Below are positions 18,001-42,577 of a stretch of DNA of 64,000 bases, one piece after another. The notes under the pieces are model-generated. The model did not search any database. It was not told where the DNA came from and saw only the letters and a program-made list of their open reading frames with translations. The stretch is taken from the NCBI RefSeq assembly GCF_009914755.1, contig NC_060941.1; one strand, 5' to 3'. The position numbers and the translations under genes are program-made. Origin of the DNA: the human T2T-CHM13v2.0 reference genome, Homo sapiens. How positions within the stretch are numbered: the first letter of the stretch is position 1; each line of letters begins with the position of its first letter.

Positions 18001-18465
18001 CTGAGAAAGGGCTGAAGCTTGTTCAAGTTGCCTTTACAGCAAAGGGACTGAAGGATGAGATGTCAAAGGCGTGGGACTGGAAAAAAAGGAGAAGAGCTGG
18101 TTAACACTGGAATTGAAGGCAATCTGGTGGTGGCATCTGTCACTCACTCACTGCCAGGGTCAATTCATCTGATAGCCAAGTGAGGTTGTAACATGCACCT
18201 ACTGAAACACACCAGTACTGAGAAAAGAAGACTTAGGATTAATTGGCTTCACCTAGACCAATTAAAAAAAAAAAGGATTCCCAATGCACTAAATTAAATT
18301 ACAGATTATTTTCTGTGGCTACAAAATTAAATTCAGATTAAACTCTTAAATATAATACCACAGCAAAATATAGACTTGGCCATAACTGACCTGATGGTAC
18401 TATTAACAACTACAATATATTTCTAGTGTTATTTCAGATTTTCGAAGCATTTCCAATGAAGATTT

Positions 18466-30419
<11,954 letters not shown>

Positions 30420-30984
30420 CTATTTACAGTATAAAGAACCACTGAACTCTTTCCAAATACAAGTAAATCTCTACAATTAATTTAAGCTCCGTCTGCACTG
30501 GGAGGAATTTTGTTTCCCATTGTGCAGCTCTTTAATGATGTATAAGGGTTGATGATGCTTAGCTTTAAATATCTAGGAAGAAGTAGGAACAACATGAAAG
30601 CTCAAAATTAAGAACAGAGACTGGACTCTGGTGTCCTGGCTTCTCTGATATCCCAGGGGCCTATTACACTTTGTCAGGCCCCTCAGCTCCCAGCAGATCA
30701 GGAACTTGAGATCTGGCTGTGGTAACCACCCTCAAGCTTGATAACTATTCATTGCGTCCGAGTACTTCTTATATTTCGAACTCATTAGATAGTAAAAATC
30801 TCAGAATCCTGATTTCAGATCTCATGAACTAATTCTACATCACCGCCTCAAATTACCCAGCCTGAAGACACAACGGGCTTGGTATGAAGATATAAAGTAT
30901 GTTGCAAAGAGACTGAGGGCACTGTAGATATCTTGAACAAAAGGGTCAGACTAACCCGCAGCTGATAAGGAAAGGGCTCCAAAC

Positions 30985-30997
30985 TTCTAGAACCTTC
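30985..30997. promoter_or_regulatory. Perfect three-unit heat-shock element TTCtaGAAccTTC in DNAJC7 intron 1
   Basis: Matches the HSF1 consensus; about 0.9 kb from exon 1 of a co-chaperone gene. Confidence 0.5.
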
Positions 30998-31509
30998 TTG
31001 TCAATTCTGCTTTAGGATTAGAACAAGTATGACTACCCACAACTCTGTTCCAACCCCACTTCCAATAATCTGGCCTAACTGTTGCCAGAATCTAGAGCGT
31101 TCTCGAAAACCACTCACTCAGCAGCTCCCTTGGCTAGTCCGACTGGCAATCTCGAACCACTGCGGCTGCTTCGGAGTGCCAACAGCGCCCAAGCAGTTGC
31201 CCTCTTCCTTGGTGCTTAACTTAAGAAAGAACAGTGCTGGGAAGGATAAAGATCACCCAGGAAGGACAGGGGAAGAGGAGTCTGACGTAGAGAACACGAG
31301 ATAAGCCCCTCGCTCTTCCTTTTTTTCTCTGTCATCTTTGACTTCTGGGATAACCGGGGGCAACCAGGTCAATTATGGAGACACACAATCACTTCGAACC
31401 CAGACTAGTGATCGCTGGGGTATAATTACAAGGGAAAACGGGGTGAGGAGAGCAAAGGTTTTGGAGACGGAAAGTGCAGACAGGCAACAATGCACAGAAG
31501 TTAACAAGA

Positions 31510-32270
31510 GAACGCGGGGGTCGGGGGCGATGTAAGGAAGTCGTCATCGACGCCGCGCCGCTTCCCCCACCTCGCACCAGACCTCTGAAATTGCCCTCGG
31601 AGACTCGGCCTCTCCTATAAGGACGATCGTCCTCTCAGCTGGAGAACAAGGCCATGCCTCAGCTCCTACGCCAGGCGGAAGCGGGAGAGGAAGGCCGACC
31701 CCCAAGAGCGCCCCTTCAGGGGGTCCATCCGGCCTTGATCTCAGATGGGGGGGTGTTTGCGGAGGGCGGGGCATCGCCTCAACAGCTGGGGGCTGCATCA
31801 TGGCAGGAACGAGTTTCCCTGAGCCACGGAGCTGCAGGTCGCCTCCTCTACTACCCTGCTACCCGGTTACCTCTTCGCCTCTTGGTCGTCGAGCAGCTCC
31901 GGCTCGGTCGCCGCCATTACCACATCGCACTCCGCGGCAGCCGCCATCTTACCGCCGGGACCAGAGAGCTGGGTGGGAGGCCGGCGGTGAAGAGCACTTC
32001 CGGTTGGAGCATAGAGCAGCTCCGCGGCGCCTCGCCCAGAAGGGCTCCCTCGGGCTCGTCTACCAGAGAGAGGCTCCGCTTGGGGCCAGAGCGGCCTCCC
32101 GCCCCCGGATGTCCACGGTGGTCTCCGCGCCGGGGCGGGAGCCCAGGGGCTGTGCCGGTGCGTAGGCGGCGCCACTTTACCCGTGGGTGGGAAGGCGGGG
32201 TGTACCGGTGGTAGCCTCTCTAGGGCTTGGCTGCTTTCAGTATTCCAAGAGCCTCATTGCCATAGCAACT
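31510..32270. promoter_or_regulatory. CpG-island promoter of DNAJC7 with YY1 (GCCGCCATCTT 31940-31950), ETS/GABP (CACTTCCGGT 31995-32004) and RFX X-box-like (ATTGCCATAGCAAC 32256-32269) motifs
   Basis: High CpG/GC content around exon 1; motifs read directly from the sequence. Confidence 0.8.
31871..31947 (-). CDS. DNAJC7: DNAJC7 exon 1 coding part ([26 protein letters not shown]); Hsp70/Hsp90 TPR co-chaperone (Tpr2)
   Basis: AAGATGG Kozak context, 77 nt, AG|GTAACC donor, within a CpG island. Confidence 0.95.
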
Positions 32271-34439
32271 TCCAATCCTAGAGAGTCTTCCTGAAAGGCT
32301 CCGTGGAGTCTGGGTTGCGTGGGGACCAGGTGACCCAAGACTCTGTAGGGAAGGAGTCCCCACTGCTACCTTTCCGACCTTGGAGTGTGTCCACAGCTTC
32401 TTCCCGGGAAAGTCAAGAGACACTTTGAGCTCAGTTCCCCCAGCTTTCATCGTTCTCTGGAAGCCCTGCCCAATCAAGCCAGGGGAACGCAGGGCGTCTT
32501 CACCCTGCGCCTTTCATCCACTCCGGATCTCCAAACACCAACTGGTTCATCACCCTAATGACGCTGACCCTTTTACAAGGCTCCTTTCATGTCAGCCGCC
32601 TGGGAGTGCCATCTCAGCATTAAGCCTAGGAAAGCTGACACATGGCGCCCCAGACCCTGCCCTGGAGTTTATAAGGAAGCTCGCGGGGTGAGGTCCTTGC
32701 TCTTGTGTCCCCAGTACTCCCACCTCTTATATAAACTCTCTACTCATCACGCTTGCCTTGCCGAATGCGGTCTGGATTGAGAATTCATAGGGGACAAGGG
32801 CACAGTTTAACTGTCTTTGTTGTTATTCCCTCACCCAAACGACTATTTGTGGAGCTGAATTAAATTGGAGCTTTCTGGGGTTAAATTGGAGGAGTATGAG
32901 GAGTAGCTTTACAATGTAAAGCTAAGAGTAAAATAAGAAGAGGGCAAAGGAATTTTAAAAGGATTTACCTGTTTGTTCCAGGAAAACAGCATGTGCCAAT
33001 GCTCATACTCTGCCTATCCCAGTGTGGAGGGAGCTGAAACCACAGCGACCACTGAGTAGGGAGGGATAGGACAAGCTCACTAGGTTGGAAAGGAGGGGTC
33101 ATTCGTTGAGCCAATCACTCAGCCCTTTCCAAAACGCCTACTCTGTGCTAGGTTGTGAGGGCACAAGACTTACAGACCACCTGCCCTGCCTGCCAGTGGC
33201 TCATAGTCCAGTCTAATGCTAGCCAACCTGTCTCACCATCTTCCCACTTTATGTTCTATCTAAGGCAACTCATTTATTCCCACAGCTTTACTTCCATCTG
33301 TTGATGACTCTCAACTTTTCATATCTCCAACCTAGACCTTTCTTCAGCTTCCACAGCTGTATATCCAACTATCTACTGGATATCTCTTGTATGTTTCACA
33401 AATCCCCAAGGCTTACCATATTTAAATTTAACTTTTTCATTGTCTACCCACACCTCAACAACAGAAAAAACAAATGTTGGATGTAATTATTATCTTTCCT
33501 AAATTCCGTATCTTGTTAAATGGATTAAACCATTCTCACTCTTGGCTTCCAATTTGTTGCCAAGTTTTGTTGATTCTCCTACCAAATATTTCCCAAATCT
33601 ATCTCCACCTTTCCATCCCGATTCAGGCGCTCATCATTTTTTTAAATCTTGGAATAGGCTGGGTGTGGTGGCATGCATCTGTAGTCCCAGCTATTTGGGA
33701 GGCTGAGGCAGGAGGATCACTTGAGCCCAGGAGTTAGAGGCTGCAGTGAGCTATGATCACACCAATGTACTCCAGCATGGAGAAAAGAGCAAGACCCTGT
33801 CTCAAAAACGGCAACAACAACAACAACAAAACAACAGAAAAAAAAACTTGGAATACATCAATAGTCTCCTAATCGGTCTCTAATTTCATCTCTGTTCAGT
33901 CTTCCCTCTTCTGCCAGAGTGACCTTCCTCAGGGACTGATCATGTCTCTTCATTGGCAATGGCTTTCCATTGCCGTCAATTTGATCTCTTTGGCCTACCA
34001 CACAAAGCCTTTGATTATCTGTTTCTTTTTTTAAATAATTTAATTTGAGTACCAATATTTAGGTCCTTTCTACCACCAATATTGAACCCAAGTTCTCATA
34101 GTTTCAGAAAATGCCATGACTTGTAGCCGTTTCCTCCACCCTAGAACACCCTTTCCCCCAGGCCCTTCAGTGTCTGCTGACTCAACGTTAAATGCCCTTT
34201 TGCTGTGCTCCACAGCACCTCAGTAGTTGTTAGACATCTAGCTTCTCTAGACCGTGAGTTCTGATGGGCAGCCACCATGTCTAACTCGTCCACTTTCTCT
34301 CAGTATATGGCCCTGCACCAGGCACAGACAGATGATGCTCAGAAAACATTTGACGAATAAATGATTGAGTAAACGAAGAGTTACTGTACTCTGATCGCCT
34401 TTACAGAGAGAACATCTGGGCCTCAGAGACACCAGAACA

Positions 34440-34800
34440 CCCAGCGGCCCGCGTCCAGGGAGTCTAGAACCTTGGGCTCCCGCGCACACCCAGGCCAGGT
34501 CCTGGCCGTCATTCTCCCGCCGGCCTCTGGGGGAGCTGCGCGGTCCGCGCTCTCTCTCCGCTGCCGGAATTCGTCTTGCCTGACGGAAGCTGGGGAGCGG
34601 GCAGGCGGCGGGGGCGGGGCCTGGAGGAGCCTACACCGACTCTGGAGGAAGACTGGAGCCTTTGCGGCGGCGCTGCCCCTCCCCTGGTCCCCGCGAGCTC
34701 GGAGGGCCCGGCTGGTGCTGCGGGGGCCCCGGGAGGTACGGACCTGGGAGGCGAGGCTCGTCCGGCGCTAGGATCGGCCTCCGCCTCCGGGCCGCTTTAG
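34440..34800 (+). promoter_or_regulatory. NKIRAS2: CpG-island promoter and non-coding first exon of NKIRAS2 (donor GAG|GTACGG after 34735; GC box 34611-34620)
   Basis: CpG-rich, GGGGCGGGGC box, donor site upstream of the first coding exon; TSS cannot be determined from sequence. Confidence 0.75.
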
Positions 34801-35165
34801 GTGGCTGGTCTCTGCCTCTCATTCCCTCTGGGGGCTCCCCCGTGAGAAAATCTGTGGCGGAGGCACCTCTGGCCCACTCTTATGGTGTCCTTTATTGTGG
34901 GGCTCGCTATATGGAGAGGGGGTCTGTGTCAGGAGCTTCCCCTGGAGAGGTTTCTGTTAGGGACCGTCTTTGGGAGTGATCTATCTCTGCTCTCTGGGGG
35001 GGATCTTTGTCTGGAGCTTTTGGGGGGCTTGTGTTTGGAAGTTTGCCTTCGGGGAGATATCTGTCTGGGACCTCTTAGGGTTTCTGTATCTGAGCTTTCT
35101 CTTTTGTGTCTGTCAGTCCAAGGGCAGCAAAAAGTATGTCCTTTCTGAAGCCTTTTTTTCCGTAG

Positions 35166-35446
<281 letters not shown>

Positions 35447-36108
35447 TAGTAGAGATGAGGTTTCACTATGTTGGCCAGTCTGGTCTCGAACTCCTGACTT
35501 TGTGATCTGCCCACCTCGGCCTCCCGAAGTGCTGAGATTACAGGCGTGAGCCACCGTGCCCTGCCCCAGATTATCCTTTTTATTTGCTCAGTCCCCCCAG
35601 GGAGCAGATGGCTTCAGACAGCCACACAAAACACTGTTCCTGCTTAATTCTCCATGGGGTCATGGTTAAAGAGAGGAAGCTGGGCTGAGCTCCCTTTACT
35701 AATTGGTCCTCTACATCTTGCGCACAGAAGGGAACCTGGCCCAGTGGCCAGTGACTCTCCTCTCCCTTTATGGCAGCATTTCCAAGCACCTGCCCTGTGA
35801 CAGATACTGGCTAGGTACTGGGGATAACAAAGACGAATAAAATAACAGCTTACCATCCAGTAGTAGACATGGAGACATCCGTTTCCTCTGACTAGCATTG
35901 GGATGGTGCTGAAACCCTGGAACTATACATTCAGTTTAGAACTATACATTCAGTTTAGAACTCTCAGTTATGGACGTTCTGCCTTCTGTTTTTTTGGTTT
36001 TTGTTTTTGTCCACCAGAAAACATCTGCTAGTAACTGCCTTCTGTGTTGATGCTTTCTTTCCTCACCTTACCCAGCGTGCTTCTGTTCTTCAAGGTTGAA
36101 AACTAAGC

Positions 36109-36202
36109 ATGGGGAAGAGCTGCAAGGTGGTCGTGTGTGGCCAGGCGTCTGTGGGCAAAACTTCAATCCTGGAGCAGCTTCTGTATGGGAACCATGTAGT
36201 GG
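36109..36202 (+). CDS. NKIRAS2: NKIRAS2 (kappaB-Ras2) first coding exon ([31 protein letters not shown]; P-loop)
   Basis: G1 motif GQASVGKT; G|GTGAGT donor; 94 nt. Confidence 0.95.
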
Positions 36203-36579
36203 GTGAGTGTTGTTGGAGGGGGAGGAACAGTGGAAGAAGTTGAAAAATAAGGAATAGGACTTGATCACAACACACACAGGCTAAAAGCTGCTCCTGGTGG
36301 TTTTCCCCCCTGGAAGAATAAAACTTACATTGTAACAGATCAACTCTACAACACTGAACAAATCCGGAGGGAGAAAGCCCTATGTCCAAGATAGGAAAGA
36401 GAAGCTGTCATGTCACACTTGTGCTTAGCATGGAATTAGCATAAAATTAATGTCCATTGGCCGGGTGCGGTGGATCACGCCTGTAATCCGAGCACTTTGG
36501 GAGGCTGAGGCGGGTGGATCACCTCAGGTCGGGAGTTCGAGACCAGCCTAACGAACTTGGAGAAACCCTGTCTCTACTA

Positions 36580-36755
<176 letters not shown>

Positions 36756-36929
36756 TTAATGTTCGTTCCCCTAAACCCAAATCATTTCAGTCCTGCCAGG
36801 CTGTCAATTCTCTGGCCTCCTCAGCCCCCTACATTCCTTTCTCCCCATTTGGTCAGCCTTAAGATGCTCTCATCACTCACATTTCCCATCTCTCTCTCCA
36901 CTTCAGACAGTTTTCTCATTTTATACCAG

Positions 36930-37171
36930 GTTCGGAGATGATCGAGACGCAGGAGGACATCTACGTGGGCTCCATTGAGACAGACCGGGGGGTGCGAGAG
37001 CAGGTGCGTTTCTATGACACCCGGGGGCTCCGAGATGGGGCCGAACTGCCCCGACACTGCTTCTCTTGCACTGATGGCTACGTCCTGGTCTATAGCACAG
37101 ATAGCAGAGAGTCTTTTCAGCGTGTGGAGCTGCTCAAGAAGGAGATTGACAAATCCAAGGACAAGAAGGAG
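36930..37171 (+). CDS. NKIRAS2: NKIRAS2 second coding exon ([11 protein letters not shown]...YDTRGL...KKE)
   Basis: 242 nt, G3 motif DTRG followed by Leu at the Ras Q61 position; in phase with neighbours. Confidence 0.95.
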
Positions 37172-37491
37172 GTGTGTGGCATAGGCTTCTGGTGGGAGCC
37201 TCAGTGGTCAGAGAGTTTGGGCGGAGGGCTGGTTTGGGAAGCCTGGCATGGCTCCATTCTTCACTCCAAGGTGAGTTAGGAGCCAGAGGTGGGGTGGAGG
37301 CCACTGAGGGTATCTTTACCCTCAGGATTGGCTGCATGTTGAGTCTGCTCAACCAAAGAGGCCTCTTTGTGGTTTAAGGGGTCCCTGACCTAATGTATGA
37401 AGCCCCCATTTAGTTGTTGAAGGGGTCACTGACCTAATGTATGAAGCCCCCACTTAGTTGTATGAAGTCCCCACATAGTTGTCCTTCCTGA

Positions 37492-37632
<141 letters not shown>

Positions 37633-38184
37633 TAGGTGGTCCTCCTGCCTCAGCCCCCTGCTAAGACTACAGGTGCATGCCACCACACCTGGCTAAGTTT
37701 TGTATTTTTAGTAGAGATGGGGTTTTGTCATGTTGCTCAGGCTGGTCTCAAACTCCTGGACTCAAGCAGTCCACCTGCCTCAGCCTCCCAAAGTGTTGGG
37801 ATTACAGGCGTAAGCCACTGCATCTGGCCACGAAGGCCCTTCTGTTCTCCAGAATCCCACAGTAAGCTGCAGGGTTCTGGGAGTGCTTCCTCACCTGTTG
37901 TTGAGCCAGAAACTGACTGCTAATAATGAGCATGTATGGGCAATACAGAGCTGGTGATAGAACTCCTAAAAGGAGGGCTAGATGGAGGCCAGAATTTGAA
38001 CAGAGGAAAGAGAAAAAAAGCAACCATCTCCTTCCCCACAATGAGTGGTATGGAATCTAGAAAGAGATGAGATATCAGCCATTGAGCTTTCCTCTCATAG
38101 AACTCCTAGGTGGTTGCCAGCCCCCATGTCCATTCCTGGTTCTATGGTACATTCACAGGCCTATGCTCTGTCCCTCTTCCCCAG

Positions 38185-38424
38185 GTCACCATCGTGGTCC
38201 TTGGCAACAAGTGTGACTTACAGGAGCAGCGGCGTGTAGACCCAGATGTGGCTCAGCACTGGGCCAAGTCAGAGAAGGTGAAGCTGTGGGAGGTGTCAGT
38301 GGCGGACCGGCGCTCCCTCCTGGAGCCCTTTGTCTACTTGGCCAGCAAGATGACGCAACCCCAGAGCAAGTCTGCCTTCCCCCTCAGCCGGAAGAACAAG
38401 GGCAGCGGCTCCTTGGATGGCTGA
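38185..38424 (+). CDS. NKIRAS2: NKIRAS2 last coding exon ([11 protein letters not shown]...GSGSLDG*); total 191 aa, no CAAX box
   Basis: G4 motif NKCD, TGA at 38422-38424. Confidence 0.95.
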   Translation, partial: VTIVVLGNKCDLQEQRRVDPDVAQHWAKSEKVKLWEVSVADRRSLLEPFVYLASKMTQPQSKSAFPLSRKNKGSGSLDG

Positions 38425-39193
38425 AGAGCTGCCGTTCCTCTTTCACGATCCCAGCCCCATTTCAGTGTCTGGGGCTCTGGTAGATGTGTTGAGGGCAAAG
38501 TAGAGGACAAGCTGTCTTTCCCAGTCAGCCAGGGAGCTCCCCGCCAGGCCACGCCCCAGCCACTTTGCTCCCTCTCACCTCTGGGAAGTGCAAATACTCT
38601 TGGTTGACATCCCCTTCCTCAGCCCTCCCAGCCTACTCCCCATCCCAGCTTTTAGAGGATCTGCTCCACTGTCTCCTGGGGCAGTTGTGGGTCACTGTCC
38701 CTTCCAGCTGCCCCAGACAGGAAGCAGAGTCACCACGCAGCAGTGTCCCTTCTTGGGTCTGAGTTCCTATTATAGGTAGGGGCCCCACCCTCTGGGCTTC
38801 CCATCAGCGACACACACACACTTATGGCACCAGCCTGGACTCCAGAAAAAGGGTGTCCAGGTATTGTGTGTATGCATTTAGTTGTGCACACACAAATATG
38901 CTCCTATACTGGCATTAGGCGTCTCCTCATCCCTCACCCTGACCTTTCTCCTGTCCTTTTCTTGGCTGGAAGAAGTTGGCCTCCTGGGAGTGTAGTTTTC
39001 TGTTTTAAATCCCCCACCCCTGGCTGGGCTCAGTGGCTCACCCCTGTAATCCCAGCACTTTGGGAGGCCAAGGCGGGTCGATTACTTGAGGTCAGGAGTT
39101 CACGACCAGCCTGGCCAACATTGTGAAACCCCATCTCTGCCAAAAATACAAAAGTTAGCCGGGCGTAGTGGCACATGCCTGTAATCCCAGCTA

Positions 39194-39331
<138 letters not shown>

Positions 39332-40121
39332 CTACCAATTGTTTTACTTCCTCTTCCTGCTCAGGGAGCAGATGGGCCTCACTGGTTGAGATGGAATAGA
39401 ATAACTGGGCTATGAGTCACCAGCCCACTTTGTGACCCAGCAAGACCTTTCCCCTCTCTGGGCATCAGTTTCTCATCTGTAAGATGACCAGAGTTGCTTA
39501 GATGATCTCCTAGATCCTTTCCAGTTCTCTTGATTTCGTAAAGCCAATGGCTTCTCCCTCTTTAAGGTGCTATGCCAACCAGCCCTGGAGGCTGGGATCT
39601 GCCGCTCCCTCCAGCCACCAGGGGGCAGGAGTGCACTACCTGCTGTCAGTCACCAGAGTGGCCGCTCAGTGCCCAGCCCGCCAGCCTCGCTCTTGGAGGC
39701 TGCTCTTTATCCTGCCTGTGGTTTTCAGCTCAGAGCTGGACTTCTATTTATAAGTTACCTGTATTTATATTTATATGCCCGCTCTCATGGTGAAGGCTGG
39801 ACAAGGTGCTCCTCTGGCCCCTCCTTCTTACCTCAGATGCCTGAACAGAACAAGGCAAACCCGTAGCAGCCTCTCAGGAGCTGACAGGTCCTCTTTCGGG
39901 GCTCAGGAGGGTGGGCACACACCCAGCGGCCTGCAGAGTAAGCTTATTACCCACAACTGTGCCCGCTTTGTGCTTCTAAGGTGCACACCTAGCCTAGGTG
40001 AGACACTGCAGCCAGGCAACCACCGACACACGCCCCTTCTCAAAGCCAGAGGTGAGTGGGGCAGGTGCCCGGGGCTGGGTGAGTGGAATTAGGACACACA
40101 CAGGCTTGGGCTTCAAGTTCA

Positions 40122-40127
40122 TTTATT
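40122..40127 (-). terminator. AATAAA poly(A) signal, probably ZNF385C
   Basis: TTTATT on the plus strand; GU-rich (TGTGTGTG) element downstream on the minus strand. Confidence 0.75.
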
Positions 40128-40145
40128 GATGCATTGGTTGGACAC

Positions 40146-40151
40146 AATAAA
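40146..40151 (+). terminator. AATAAA poly(A) signal, probably NKIRAS2
   Basis: Hexamer 1.7 kb after the stop codon, followed by a pyrimidine/T-rich tract. Confidence 0.75.
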
Positions 40152-41424
40152 ACCACAATTGTTATCAAAAAGTTTCCCTCCCCTCCCCCTTTTTCTGGTT
40201 CTCCCATTGGAAATGTCTTTAAAAAACAAAAAAAAGATACAGGGGGATACTGGCAGGGTCCCATATTGTGGGGTGGGGAGGGGGCAGTGCTGCAGTGGAA
40301 AGGAGTTTGTGACATTGACATTGACAGCATGAAAATGGGTCTTGCCAGTGCATGTGAGACTGCCTCCCAACACTCAGCTTCACAGTGGCAGGGGCTGGTT
40401 GGGAGAAGGGAAAGCTGAATTTAGTGCTAGGACCAGTTTGGAGTGGGAAGCTGTAGGGGAAAGCTCTTCCTTTGGGAGCTCTGCGGGGGGTTCGGTGTTA
40501 GCTGAGTCCATAGTCTGAGGGAGACCCACACCCGCCCTCCAAGAGTTGGGGTTCAGGAAGTCAGAGAAAGGCTAAGAAGAAGAGCTTCTGAGGGATGAGT
40601 TACTCCCTCAATATTAAGACTGGGCTTATCAGCAAGTATCACTTGAACCAGGGAGGCAGAGGCTGCATGCAGTGAGCCAAGATTGCACCACTGCACTCTA
40701 ACCTGGGCAACAGAATGATACTCTCAAACAGAAAAAAAGACTGGGCCCATGAATGCCCAGAAGACAAGATTAAAACAAAACCCTGGGCCCAACCAGAACA
40801 TCACCTCCTCTCTTAGTCCCACCCCTTCAGAGCAGATGAAGCCCCCAAAAGCTTTCAGAACCAGCCCCACTACCTCCTTGGCTCTGCCCCACCTTAGCAC
40901 TGCTGATCGAAGGACTTTTGGGTCCCCCTTTCTCCTCCATGGTCCTCTGTCACACTCCCATGGTCACCTTGTCCTGACAGCCTTGAGCCTGCTGCAGCTA
41001 GAGACCCCATCCCTATCTCCAGTGAAGCCCCAAAGCCTAGGAATAGAGGTCAGAGAGTCGTCCCCTGGCTAGGAGAGGATGGCTTGTAGAAGCTAAGATT
41101 CCTAGAGTCTGGCCATGTGGGTCTTGGGTGGAGGAAAGTGAGAGCACCACATGGCTGGGGCTGAGATTTTGCATAGATCTTTGGGGTCTGTCAGGGTGGG
41201 AAATGCAGGCAAGCCTAGGATTAACCCTGGAAGGCCTGCGAAAGGAGGGTGGGGACAGTCCTTGGAAGGCAGCTGCCCTTAAAACTAGCCCAGCTCTTTC
41301 TGGATCGGGCAGGACCCCTGAAGCTGTTCACAGTCCCTGTGGCATGTAGGAAACCAAGGTGTCTCAGGACAGGAGGAGACAAGGAGTGGCTATTGGGAAA
41401 TCAGCTCTGGCCTCCCCATGAGGG

Positions 41425-41661
41425 CTAATAAGGGGCAAGGACGATAGGTCCTGTGGCAGGGCGGACAGCTCCTGCTGGGGTGCGAAACAGAGCTGGGCCC
41501 AGGATGGGAGCCGGGAAGAGGGTAGTGGCTGCTGTAGGGGCAGGGCGGAGGGCCAGGGGCCCTGGCAGAGCACAGATGGCAGTGGCTGCGGTGGGGAGCG
41601 GGCTGGGCAGGAAGCGGGCTGCCAACGTCTTGGTGAGTTGCTTCTGCAAGGCCAGTTTAGA
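41425..41661 (-). CDS. ZNF385C: ZNF385C last coding exon ([17 protein letters not shown]...GPIVLAPY*)
   Basis: ZNF385-family C-terminus ending ...PY; tag acceptor; TAG stop. Confidence 0.9.
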
Positions 41662-42145
41662 CTACACGGAAAAGAAAGGAATGGACACAGTCTCCACCCC
41701 AGAAAACCCCACCCCCTCCCTGGGGCCCATCCTCAAGCTTTTTGCTGCAGGGAAAGCGTGCCTTTTAGAGTTCCAAACCTAAATCCTCCTCCCTTCCCAC
41801 CCCCAAACATTCATTCCGAAGGGCTTTCTCCACCACCTGTCTTCCTGTCCAGAGGGAGGAAAGTCTCAGCATGGGAGAAGGGAGGAGGATTTACGGGATA
41901 GAGATGGTCTCTAGGAGATGCACGCCCACCCCTCACTCTTGCCCCTAAGATGACTATCCCAACCCACCTCCCCGGAAATTCCTCTGCGCAGATCCCAGTT
42001 CCCAGGCCTAGCTCTGTCACTGCCCAGCAGCCTCATTGCAGGGTGGCCTCTTTTCCTGCCCCACCGCAGCCCCCCCATCTGGCCCTCCCAGCCCACCCTC
42101 TCCCCTCCTGACCCAGTCCCAGCTCTGTTGCCTGGAGACAGATAC

Positions 42146-42256
42146 CTTGAGGATACTCACAGCCAGCGCTGCGTGCTTCTGCAGCTTGCTGTGCTGGCTG
42201 GAGGGCTTGGGGGTCTTCCCGGCCAGGCGGTCTTTGTGCCTCCTGCTGCTCATGTG
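42146..42256 (-). CDS. ZNF385C: ZNF385C exon ([18 protein letters not shown]...AALAVSILK)
   Basis: Completes a matrin-type zinc finger (HxxxxxH); an alternative in-frame donor lies at 42161. Confidence 0.85.
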
Positions 42257-42577
42257 CTAATGGACAGACAGACAGACTGGGAACAAGATGACAAAGCCCA
42301 AGGACCCCAAGACCATCATCCTCGACTCTTCCCCTTCCTCTATCCACAGCTCATACATCCAAAGCACACAGACTGGGTCCTCACCCTGGGGTAGGCCCTG
42401 GGAAGGGGAGGTGAGTCTTGGCCTTTGCCCTTAATTGGCCCACTGGCCTGCTGGCCTCGCTTCTCCAGCCTGCTCTGCTGTGCCCTGCCTGCTCTCTTCA
42501 GGGTCCCTCCCTCTGCTGCCCTGCCCCCCAACCCCCTCCCCTGGCTCCAACCCCAGTCACAGCCTCACTTCTCCCAC

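Noticed and set aside
31948-32175. In-frame upstream extension of the DNAJC7 ORF
   Set aside because: It starts at a GTG and probably lies beyond the TSS; the AAGATGG start has a strong context.
31654-32214. 186-aa plus-strand ORF antisense to DNAJC7 exon 1
   Set aside because: Stop-poor GC-rich CpG island with low-complexity R/G/P content and no recognisable domain.
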